Shown here piece after piece: positions 1 to 10,928 of a DNA stretch of 64,000 nt; the stretch's first letter is position 1, and the number at the start of each line of letters is the position of its first letter. Source of the DNA: Balanoglossus misakiensis (taxonomy: Eukaryota > Animalia > Hemichordata). The stretch is taken from the NCBI GenBank assembly GCA_040954595.2, contig CM082590.2:7440001-7504000 (forward strand). Reading direction: 5' to 3'. A program made the translations under genes and the position numbers. The notes under the pieces are model-generated. The model did no database searches, was not told where the DNA came from, and saw only the letters and a list, made by a program, of their open reading frames with translations.

Positions 1-1790
1 ATACAAGTCTACAATTAATTTGGGGAACAAGTCTACAATTAATTTGAGAAACAAGTCTAAAATTAAATTAAGAAACAAGTCTAAAAGTAATTTAAGGAAC
101 AAGTCTACAATTAATTTGGGGAACAAGTCTACAATTAATTTGAGAAACAAGTCTAAAACTAAATTAAGAAACAAGTCTAAAAGTAATTTAAGGAACAAGT
201 CTACAATTAATTTGGGGAACAAGTCTACAATTAATTTGAGAAACAAGTCTAAAACTAAATTAAGAAACAATTCTAAAAGTAATTTAAGGAACAAGTCTAA
301 AAGTAATTTGGGGAACAAGTCTTAAATTAATTTGAGGAACAAGTCTACAATTAATTTGAGAAACAAGTCTAAAACTAAATTTAAGAAGCAAGTCTAAAAC
401 TAAATTAAGAAACAAGTCTACAATTAATTTGGGGAACAAGTCTACAAGTAATTTGGGGAACAAGTCTAAAATTAATTTGGGGAACAAGTCTACAATTAAT
501 TTGGGGAACAAGTCTAAAACTAAATTTAAGAAACAAGTCTAAAAGTAATTTGAGGAACAAGTCTACAATTAATTTGAGAAACAAGTCTAAAACTAAATTA
601 AGAAAGAAGTCTAAAAGTAATTTAAGGAACAAGTCTAAAATTAATTTGGGGAACAAGTCTACAATTAATTTGGGGAACAAGTCTACAAGTAATTTGGGGA
701 ACAAGTCTAAAATTAATTTGGGGAACAAGTCTACAATTAATTTGGGGAACAAGTCTAAAACTAAATTTAAGAAACAAGTCTAAAAGTAATTTGAGGAACA
801 AGTCTACAATTAATTTGAGAAACAAGTCTAAAACTAAATTAAGAAAGAAGTCTAAAAGTAATTTAAGGAACAAGTCTAAAATTAATTTGGGGAACAAGTC
901 TACAAGTAATTTGGGGAACAAGTCTAAAATTAATTTGGGGAACAAGTCTACAATTAATTTGGGGAACAAGTCTAAAACTAAATTTAAGAAGCAAGTCTAA
1001 AACTAAATTAAGAAACAAGTCTACAATTAATTTGGGGAACAAGTCTACAAGTAATTTGGGGAACAAGTCTAAAATTAATTTGGGGAACAAGTCTACAATT
1101 AATTTGAGAAACAAGTCTAAAACTAAATTAAGAAACAATTCTAAAAGTAATTTAAGGAACAAGTCTAAAAGTAATTTGGGGAACAAGTCTTAAATTAATT
1201 TGAGGAACAAGTCTACAATTAATTTGAGAAACAAGTCTAAAACTAAATTAAGAAACAAGTCTAAAATTAATTTGAGAAACAAGTCTACAATTCATTTGAG
1301 AAACAAGTCTAAAACTAAATTAAGAAACAAGTCTAAAAGTAATTTAAGGAACAAGTCTAAAATTAATTTGGGGAACAAGTCTAAAATTAATTTGAGAAAC
1401 AAGTCTAAAAGTAATTTAAGGAACAAGTCTAAAAGTAATTTAAGGAACAAGTCTACAATTAATTTCGGGAACAAGTCTAAAAGTAATTTGGGGAACAAGT
1501 CTACAATTAATCTTAGAAACAAGTCTAAAAGTAATTTAAGGAACAAGTCTAAAAGTAATTTGAGAAACAAGTCTAAAATTAATTTGCGAAACAAGTCTAA
1601 AACTAAATTAAGAATCAAGTCTAAAATTAATTTGGGGAACAAGTCTAAAATTAATTTGAGGAACAAGTCTAAAACTAATTTGAGGAACAAGTCTAAAACT
1701 AATTTGAGGAACAAGTCTTAAATTAACTTGATGAACAAGTGGCCTGCAAAAGTCTACAATTAATTTGCAAAACAAGTCTAAATGTAAATT
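1..1790. repeat. 24-bp minisatellite array (consensus ~GAACAAGTCTAMAATTAATTTGRG), ~70 copies, runs off the left edge
   Basis: AACAAGTCT recurs every 24 (occasionally 25) bp; the array degenerates at ~1730-1790. Confidence 0.97.
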
Positions 1791-2257
1791 GAGAAGCGGC
1801 TCTGCCAAAAAAATTTTCACCAACAAGATTACTGTTTCCAAAGAAACGGCACTTTTTTTATACAGAGTGGACACAATTACAGAAAAGTGATACAAAATCC
1901 CTTCAATTTTTCTCCATAGACATAGCACAGATGTAGACGGCCATTTTGAACCTCAAATTTGGCGGCCATTTTGAATGTCATACACTTAGCATAGATGTAG
2001 GCGGCCATTTTGAACTTCAAATTTAGTGGCCATTTTGAAAGTAATATGCAAGACAATTTTAGCAAGACCCCTTAATTTTATGAGTAAATTAAAAGTTATT
2101 CTGGGCAATAACAGAAGATTAAAGCTGCCTGGACCGAACAATCTCATAAAAATCCTTCCTCTTAATTTTCTCCATACTAGCGGCACATTAAACTTTTCCC
2201 CTATACTTGGACTAACATGGGTAATGTAGCGTTTCAAGGAAAGTGACAATATCTTAC

Positions 2258-2364
2258 CTTATTCGTAGCCACACTGTCTGCTCCAGGCGCTGCTGGTGCA
2301 TTGACTGCATCAAGTTACATCGCATCGTCATCCAGTCCAATCTCATCCCCAAGAGCATCCAATC
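2258..2364 (-). pseudogene. CHMP5: Isolated CHMP5 (ESCRT-III, Vps60) exon relic with in-frame stop
   Basis: ttctttcag|...|GTAAG. Translates LDALGDEIGLDDDAM*LDAVNAPAAPGADSVATNK, versus recalled human CHMP5 [38 protein letters not shown]. TAA sits at the Tyr position. No other CHMP5 exon seen. Confidence 0.8.
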
Positions 2365-2744
2365 CTGAAAGAATAAATTTGATCATTTTACAAGTGAAGT
2401 GTAGGTGGTCACCATTTGCACTGAACTCAACCTGAAATTATACACAAACCACGGACCCGCAGAGTCCGACTGAAGTTTGCGTGAATTGACGCACAACACG
2501 GGCCCTAGTCCAAGTTAGTTAGCTTACCCTTCTACACTCAACGCTCATCCAAGATTTGAAAGCATGTCAGAGGCGTTTAATGGACACATCACGCACAAAT
2601 TCATGAACAGAAGTAACAGACCGCACGCAAAGCCTTCACAAATATACATGCAGCCATTTTGAACTGTGATAGGTCAGAGGTCAAAGTAAACGTTGAAGGG
2701 AAAACTCATAATCAGTCGTGTGCGGGCGCTCTGGCATGAGGCAG

Positions 2745-3390
2745 ACTTCGCCCCCAGAACCAGCGCCGTAAGGCGGAGGCCGATCTTCTTCCCCCAAAAC
2801 AGCAAAAGCAATGTCTTGCTTTTTTTTCTTTTTAAATTATTTTTGCTTTAGTTGTTTCCAAGAGTAACTATTTTTTTTTTCCTTTGGTAAGACTTATTTT
2901 TTTCAAGTACGCGAGGACGTCTGCTTCTGTATTGAGAAAAGAAAATTCTAAAAAGTGCACCGTGTAAATACTACAAAAAAATTCGGATCGTGTCTATCCA
3001 CTAAAAAAATGTCACGGCGCGTTAAAAGTTATCTGCTGAAAAAATTAAACTTGAGCTTAAATTTACCTGCGCTACAATTAAAGTCAAACTTCCGCTTAAA
3101 AATTTACATGACATCAACGCGGAAAATTGAACATCCGTGCGATTTATGATTAGCCTCGATTCGATTTCACGAAGATATCTACACGCGCACAAAAACTTGC
3201 ATCGGAAATAAATTGAACGAAGATACTGAGATTTTATACACCTAACACGAAGCGGCCCCGATTAGTTGCGAAGCGGTTTTAGTTTTATTACTAAACAAGG
3301 GCATTGACGGACTACGTCATGGTGCGGTCGGCTGTTTTGACCTTGAATACCGAGGCGTGAGCGCTGCTGATTTTGGAGTGAACGCGGTGC
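2745..3390. repeat. Unexpanded copy of the module that hosts the 84-bp array (other copy ~5110-7165; partial third ~7860-8290)
   Basis: Shared blocks: TCGCCCCCAG, AAACAGCAAAAGCAATGTCTTGC (~2797/5158), CAAGTACGCGAG..GTCTGCTTCTG (~2904/5265), TACACGCGCACAAAAACTT (~3180/7038), ACTACGTCA..GGCTGTTTTGACCTTGAA (~3311/7098). Confidence 0.85.
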
Positions 3391-4173
3391 CAATTTCTTT
3401 TTACAATCACCCGTCATTTGTTTTGTCTAGTTAAACAAATGGTTAGGAAAGTCAGAAAAATTCCAAGAGACAATTTTGAGAGCATATAGGCCTAGTCCTT
3501 TTGAACGTCAAATTTGGCGGCCATTTTGAAAGTCAATGGTAGTTAAACTGAAATAATTACAATGGTTAAGAAAGTCAGAAAAATTCCAAGAGACAATTTT
3601 GAGAGCATTTAGTCAGTATGAATAATTGTGTGAAAATTTGGTGGACTTCTATCATTGTTTCTGGGTTGTACAAGATATGCAAGTACAAGTATAAATGTGT
3701 CAAAATAACAAACTGGGAGAATTGCCAAACAATTGATTTCAGTGATCAAGAAATCTTTTTTTTTTTGCTTTTAAAATTGGACAATAGTAATCACGTTTTT
3801 GTTTTGCTTCTTCAGAATACTTTATAAAACTCTAACTGTAAATTCGTGTTTTAAGACATGCAATATACACTTCCAGACAACTGTGTGTTGTAACGCCTGT
3901 TTCATTTCTGTAGCAATAAAGTCTACTGACTTCCATCACTTTGTGTTTCAACGAGTCTCTACTATGATAGCGCCTGAAGTATCTCTTTGCATCCGAAAGA
4001 GTGAGAAATCCCATCAGTTGAGTAAAATGTGTACGTATTTGCGCGCGTGTACATATCTTCCGCGTAAAACGTTGATACCGTACAGAGATTGTAGCGCGGG
4101 AATAATTCTAACCTAGCTAGAAGGTGCGACCAGACCCCCTAGCTGCGGAGAATGTCACTTGATCAACGTGTTC

Positions 4174-4880
4174 GGGGAACAAGTCTAAAATTAATTTGGG
4201 GAACAAGTCTACAATTAATTTGAGAGAAACAAGTCTAAAAGTAATTTAAGGAACAAGTCTAAAATAAATTTACGGGAACAAGTCTAAAATTAATTTGGGG
4301 AACAAGTCTACAATTAATTTGAGAAACAAGTCTAAAACTAAATTAAGAAACAAGTCTAAAAGTAATTTAAGGAACAAGTCTAAAATAAATTTGGGGAACA
4401 AGTCTAAAATTAATTTGGGGAACAAGTCTAAAAGTAATTTGAGAAACAAGTCTAAAACTAAATTAAGAAACAAGTCTAAAAGTAATTTAAGGAACAAGTC
4501 TAAAATTAATTTGGGGAACAAGTCTACAATTAATTTGAGAAACAAGTCTAAAACTAAATTAAGAAACAAGTCTAAAAGTAATTTAGGGAACAAGCCTAAA
4601 ATTAATTTGGGGAACAAGTGTACAATTAATTTGAGAAACAAGTCTAAAACTAAATTAAGAAACAAGTCTAAAAGTAATTTAAGGAACAAGTCTACAATTA
4701 ATTTGAGAAACAAGTCTAAAACTAAATAAAGGAACAAGTCTAAAATAAATTTGGGGAACAAGTCTAAAATTAATTTGGGGAACAAGTCTACAATTTGAGA
4801 CTAAATTAAGGAACAAGTCTAAAATAAATTTGGGGAACAAGTCTAAAATTAATTTGGGGAACAAGTCTACAATTTGAGAC
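4174..4880. repeat. Second array of the same 24-bp minisatellite, ~29 copies
   Basis: Same unit and same variants as 1-1790. Confidence 0.96.
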
Positions 4881-4948
4881 TAAGTCACGCGACCTGATCG
4901 TCGGGCGTGTCCCACTAGACGGACAATTTGCTCAGCTTCCATTGGATT

Positions 4949-5110
4949 GTTTCGGTGGTCCAGTGGCATGGGAGGAGAGCTTACCGACGATCTTCGGGTC
5001 CCGGGTTCGAATCTCGAAGTGACTGTGACGAGCTGGGCGATACCCTGGCCCGGGCGGGACGCTGGGCGGAGGAAAGAGGGGCCCTGACCTCTTTCCGCTG
5101 GGGGCTTTTT
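4949..5110 (+). ncRNA. tRNA-derived Pol III-type unit (SINE-head-like) with A box, B box and T5 run
   Basis: A box TGGTCCAGTGG 4956-4966 (+8 from G4949), B box GGTTCGAATC 5004-5013 in a T-arm-like stem, first T>=4 run at 5106-5110. GC-rich island; acceptor stem only partly pairs. Confidence 0.55.
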
Positions 5111-5384
5111 CGCCCCCAGGGGCCGGCGCCGATAGGCGGACGATGAATCCCTTGTTCCAAACAGCAAAAGCAATGTCTTGCTTTTTTTCTTCTTATATTA
5201 TTTTTTTTCTTTAATTATTTCCAAGACTTACAAACATTTTTTCTTAAGCAAGACTTTTTTTTTTCAAGTACGCGAGCACGTCTGCTTCTGTTTTGAGAAA
5301 AGAAAATTCTAAAAATTCCACTGTGTAAACACTAAAAAAAAAATCGGCGCGTTGAAAATTATCTGCTGAAAAAAAAAAAAAAAA

Positions 5385-7005
5385 ACTGCGCGCTAAAAAC
5401 TTTCTGAAGTACAAAAAAATTAAACTTGCGCTGAAAATTATCTGCACTATAATTAATTAAAGTAAACCCTGGGCGCTAAAAATTTCTGAAGTACAAAAAA
5501 ATTAAACTTGCGCTGAAAATTATCTGCAATATAATTATTAAAGTAAACCCTGGGCGCTAAAAAAAATTCTGAAGTACAAAAAAATTAAACTTGCGCTGAA
5601 AATTATCTGCAATATAATTATTAAAGTAAACCCTGGGCGCTAAAAAAAATTCTGAAGTACAAAAAAATTAAACTTGCGATGAAAATTATCTGCACTGTAA
5701 TTAATTAAAGTAAACCCTGGGCGCTAAAAAAAATTCTGAAGTACAAAAAAATTAAACTTGCGATGAAAATTATCTGCACTGTAATTAATTAAAGTAAACC
5801 CTGGGCGCTAAAAAAAAATTCTGAAGTACAAAAAAATTAAACTTGCGATGAAAATTATCTGCACTGTAATTAATTAAAGTAAACCCTGGGCGCTAAAAAA
5901 AATTCTGAAGTACAAAAAAATTAAACTTGCGATGAAAATTATCTGCACTGTAATTAATTAAAGTAAACCCTGGGCGCTAAAAAAAAATTCTGAAGTACAA
6001 AAAAATTAAAACTTGCGCTGAAAATTATCTGCACTATAATTAATTAAAGTAAACCCTGGGCGCTAAAACAATTCTGAAGTACAAAAAAATTAAACAATGC
6101 GATGAAAATTATCTGCACTATAATTAATTAAAGTAAACCCTGGGCGCTAAAAAAAATTCTGAAGTACAAAAAAATTAAACTTGCGATGAAAATTATCTGC
6201 ACTATAATTAATTAAAGTAAACCCTGGGCGCTAAAAAAAATTCTGAAGTACAAAAAAATTAAAGTTGCGATGAAAATTATCTACACTGTAATTAATTAAA
6301 GTAAACCCTGGGCGCTAAAAAAAATTCTGAAGTACAAAAAAATTAAACTTGCGATGAAAATTATCTACACTGTAATTAATTAAAGTAAACCCTGGGCGCT
6401 AAAAAAAATTCTGAAGTACAAAAAAATTAAACTTGCGATGAAAATTATCTGCACTATAATTAATTAAAGTAAACCCTGGGCGCTAAAAAAAAGTCTGAAG
6501 TACAAAAAAATTAAACTTGCGCTGAAAATTATCTGCACTATAATTAATTAAAGTAAACCCTGGGCGCTAAAAATTTCTGAAGTACAAAAAAATTAAACTT
6601 GCGCTGAAAATTATCTGCAATATAATTATTAAAGTAAACCCTGGGCGCTAAAAAAAATTCTGAAGTACAAAAAAATTAAACTTGCGATGAAAATTATCTG
6701 CACTACAATTAAAGTAAACCCTAGGGCGCTAAAAATTTTCTGAAGTACAAAAAAATTAAACTTGCGCTGAAAATTATCTGCACTACAATTAAAGTAAACC
6801 CTGGCGCTAAAAAATTTCTGAAGTACAAAAAAGTCAAACTTGCGCTGAAAATTATCTGCACTACAATTAAAGTAAACCCTGGCGCTAAAAATTTTATGAA
6901 GTACAAAAAAGTCAGACTTCCGCTGAAAATTATCTGCACTACAATTAAAGTAAAATTTGCGCGTTAAAGATTTCTGAAGTACAAAAAAGTCAAACTTGTG
7001 CTGAA
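5385..7005. repeat. ~84-bp tandem array (~19-20 units), each a dimer of related ~42-bp halves
   Basis: AAACTTGCGMTGAAAATTATCTGCACT...AAAGTAAACCCTGGGCGCTAAAAAAAATTCTGAAGTACAAAAAAATT repeated; units become shorter and more diverged at the right end. Confidence 0.96.
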
Positions 7006-8948
7006 ATGTACGTTTCGCGTCATTTCCCGAAAATATGTACACGCGCACAAAAACTTAGGCCCTACATCGGAAAGAAAACACTTAGTTTTATTACTGAACT
7101 ACGTCACGGTGCGTTCGGCTGTTTTGACCTTGAAACCCGAGAGGTGAGCACGCTGGTTTTGGAGCGAACGCGGCGCGGTTGGAGTTGACATCCTGATCTT
7201 TTCTGAACGTTCCGAAAATTATCACTCAAAGAAGAAGAGACGGGGGAGGGGGAGGAGGGGGCACACTCAATTAACACAAACCTTGAAGCCACTTATTGTC
7301 AGGTACATGCGTACAAAACGATTCTGAAAAGCACACAAAACCCACGTGCACTCAATCTTCGTTTTTATTGAACATGCACGCCCACACACACAACCGTCAT
7401 TCGATTGAAAGTCTAAAACATGAATTGTGTGACACCGATTCCACTTCATATGCAATTTCCTGGCACTATGTCACAAGACGTTTCAACTATAACCACTCCA
7501 TTTTCTCTCACCTTTAATAGGTCTTATGAGTTTCAACACTAGGGTCTCTGTTCCAAACTTTGGGGCAACATCCACCGGTTTTGGTTTATTTCACGACATC
7601 GGAATTCCTTTCTTCATCTGCAAGAAAAAATATAAATATAATAATTTTCTGTAATAATTGTTAACAAATTATACATTGAAAACAATGACTAAGACAAGCC
7701 TTATTGTAAAGACCTTCATATCAAGAGCAGCGATTCAACAATTGTGTCATCTTCATCGCAAGAGAACTTAACATAACAATTATTTATATTGTTATGCAAA
7801 TTAGACGCTACTCTATCAGAAATTCCTGGGGAGAACACGACTACAAAATGTCAAACTAGCGCTGAAAATTATCCGCACCACAAAAAAATTCCAAATTGCG
7901 CTGAAAATTTTCTATACTGCGAAAAAATCTTAAAATATAGTCTCTACAGTAAAAATAGTTATTCCTCTAGAACTAGTTCAAGTTCAGCACCAAAATCGTG
8001 GCTCTCCACTAGAAAAATATTGTCATTTGCCCTACACTAGAATACAATAATCTGTACAGATATGATTCTATTTATGTGTCGAACTTTCTTAGGAATGCGT
8101 TTCTACAACTATGCTATCAGCCAAAAAGACGGTAAACCTCACAGAAACTTACTTGCAGATACGGCCATGCCGCGCGATGGGGTCACGTGACATCGACCCG
8201 AGAAAAATTCAACATGTGCGGTCTATGCATCATTTCAGCGCGAAGATATGTACACGCGCATAAAAACTTGCATTGAAAAGAAACGAACATTTCAAACGAA
8301 GAGACAGCAAATTACATCCACAACGAAGAACCTATAAAAGAAGTCAAAAACACAGTCGCTTTTCTCCTGTGACAGCACTTCGAAAAAGGACCGTTTCCTA
8401 AGTCCTACATAGCTAGCAGGAACAAAGTCCGTGTAACAAATAGCTAGGAGGAACAAAGTCCGTGAAACAAATCCCAAGCAATTGTGGTCAAAAATTGCAA
8501 CCCTTTTACAGAAAATTCCGTCAATTACTTGGTGCGACATTTTTGTTGTTGACTGGGACGCCTATTACACCCACTTGTGAAAAAATGAAACACGTGTATC
8601 GATTTACCTTTTGTTGAACGTTCATGTTCAGGACTGGTTGTGGTCGACTTGAAGACTTCCCGGCGAGCAAACCAATATCTGCAACCTTCATGAGTTTCAG
8701 ACTTCTTTTTCGCATGGTACTTGTTCTTCGACTTGGAACAGTTCCTTCTTGACGTGGACATTTAAAGGCTGTGAACGACCGACACCATTTCTCCGACAAA
8801 GCCATGCATGCGCCCGTCTCACCAAAGTTCCTGGAAAGTTCTGGAAACACGCATGCTCCAAATTGACACCTGTTCAGTTTTTTTTTCAACCAATCAGAGA
8901 GCTTCTAATATTCAAATAGTAAACAACGGCGCTTGAAACCTCACCACG

Positions 8949-9044
8949 AGTCTGGTCCCCTGCCCCATTCCCACCGCTGGCTGCGCTACGCTAAAGGAAA
9001 AGCGTAGCGCAGCCAGCGGTGGGAATGGGGCAGGGGACCAGACT
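8949..9044. mobile_element. 96-bp perfect hairpin MITE (44-bp arms, 8-nt loop)
   Basis: AGTCTGGTCCCC...CTACGCT / AGCGTAG...GGGGACCAGACT; flanked by near-duplicate ACCTCACCAC / ACGTCACCAC. Confidence 0.8.
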
Positions 9045-9411
9045 GACGTCACCACTTACTAAGTCAGTTCTGAAAACTTACGCCTAACATGGCTCTAACC
9101 AATGGAAAATGTCGACATCCGAAAATCACAAATTCACCAAGGTTCCCTAAAGTCGCAAAAAAATTATTCTGGACAATTTTGATGAGCTATAACCCACGAA
9201 AAATTTCATGAGCTATAACCCACGAAAAATTTCATGAGCTATAACCCATGAAAAATGTCCAAAATTCACCAATTCACCAAAGTTCACACATTGTTTGCAG
9301 TGATATACATTGTATCAGTTAAACTGTGCACTTACTTTGACTTGTTGACAACTGCATCGTACGGAACCAACACCAGGAGACATGATGGCACCCTCCACAA
9401 GATGCCACTTA

Positions 9412-9576
9412 GGGACCGTTCAGTTTTTATGGCCGGGGGGCGCGGCAAAATCCAGGGGGGGGGGGGTCACTTAAATTTTGAAGTTTAAATGTTGGGGGTC
9501 GGCCTGATTTTAAAAACCGATGACACAAACTTGCCGACCCCCCCCCCCCCCCCGGCCGTAAAAACTGAACGGTCCC
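9412..9576. mobile_element. 165-bp MITE with GGGACCGTTCAGTTTTTA TIRs and G/C runs
   Basis: ~28-bp near-perfect TIRs with TA on both sides; a structurally similar element lies at ~24635-24850. Confidence 0.8.
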
Positions 9577-10502
9577 TAAGACCTACATATGCATTTACCG
9601 CACGCTCACATGAATGAATAATTTGCATAAATGTTTTATTCATTTTAACATAGAAAATCAGATACGGCTTTGACAACATACATCCTCCATTTAGTAAGTA
9701 ATATAAAAAATCACACGATTCAAAATACTAGTAGTTGCAAAGAAGTTCGTTGATGAGTACACAGGGTCCTCAAGATGAATAGTTGACACTAGAGGGCGCC
9801 ATCTGACTAGTGAGGGCGCCACATCATCCGTCATGAAACCGAGTAGTTTGTAGAATCGAAAGCAGATTTTTTTTCCAAAAAAAAAAGAAGCAATTTCCTC
9901 ACCTCAATATACCTCAAAATTACATGTAATCAAACTGCATATTCAAAAAGTTATCTGAAATAACTAACTCCTTCAGTACACAAGCATTTTCTAACAAAAA
10001 ACACACAACTACGAAAATTCCAATCCACCATTTTCTGATCAATCATCATTATGAATAGATTAAACATACTACTGCATGATTCACATGAATATACCGGTAT
10101 ATAATGTTTGTTTATATTTAAAATTTAAAATAAGTTGTCATCATTTGATTAGATCATTCTGAAGTGAAGGAGCTAGTCCAAGACAAGAGAATGCTCACTG
10201 AATGAAATACTGTAAACGTGGAAGTTTTTCTTGACAGCAAATTTTTGCAAAATCAAATGAGGCGACTGTTACGTGACGAAAGTTTTTGCGTTCTCGTATT
10301 TCACTAACTGCATCATTATCGCGGAAAAACATTTACGTGACTGTTTATTTTCACTTTGTTTGCGCTTGCAAAGTTTGCTCAAATTTATCATTCGCGAAAA
10401 TTCCTTGTTTTACAGTATGTTGGCCAACTAGCTTTATAGTAATAATCATCGAAGTGTCGGCCATCTTGGTTTTCAAGATGGCCGACGAGTAAGTGCCCTC
10501 CC

Positions 10503-10928
10503 TAGTCTCGGTTACCCAGAGCCCTCTGCTTCTTCCGTTAGGCACTCCAGAAAGAGGGTCTGGGGAAACCCGGTAGACAAACCGTCAGGCGGAATCGGGA
10601 CAGCTGCGATGCATGACGGGAGATTAATATTCGATACGATATTATGATATGTCGATATTAGAAAACTATTTACCGAACTTCTCTCTCTCTTTTCAATTTG
10701 TATACAGTTTTAGCAGGTCTAGCACTTCTCAGCATGTTTTCTTTATCGTATGTCATACATGTCGGCCGTGGGTTCGCGCGCAGGACGTCGCCATTTTGGA
10801 ATATTAATCTCCCGTCATGCATCGCAGCTGTCCCGATTCCGCCTGACGGTTTGTCTACCGGGTTTCCCCAGACCCTCTTTCTGGAGTGCCTAACGGAAGA
10901 AGCAGAGGGCTCTGGGTAACCGAGACTA
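10503..10928. mobile_element. 426-bp non-autonomous DNA transposon with 130-bp TIRs and a 10-bp TSD
   Basis: TIRs 10503-10632 and 10799-10928 (TAGTCTCGG...CCGAGACTA); perfect TSD GTGCCCTCCC at 10493-10502 and 10929-10938. Confidence 0.93.

Noticed and set aside
20-4864. NKS-repeat and Leu-rich ORFs (MGNKSTINLRNKS..., MFPKLIVDL...)
   Set aside because: Translations of a 24-bp minisatellite; open on both strands, broken by 25-bp units, with no ATG starts or splice context.
4949-5024. Functional tRNA-Val(TAC)
   Set aside because: Acceptor stem and D-stem pair poorly and the anticodon loop is oversized; kept only as a tRNA-derived promoter unit.
5385-7005. CRISPR-like regular array
   Set aside because: No unique spacers (units are contiguous near-identical repeats), no cas genes, eukaryotic context.
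8292-8889. Cluster of 80-120 aa minus-strand ORFs as a transposase or viral gene
   Set aside because: No recognisable motif; overlapping frames with non-ATG starts.
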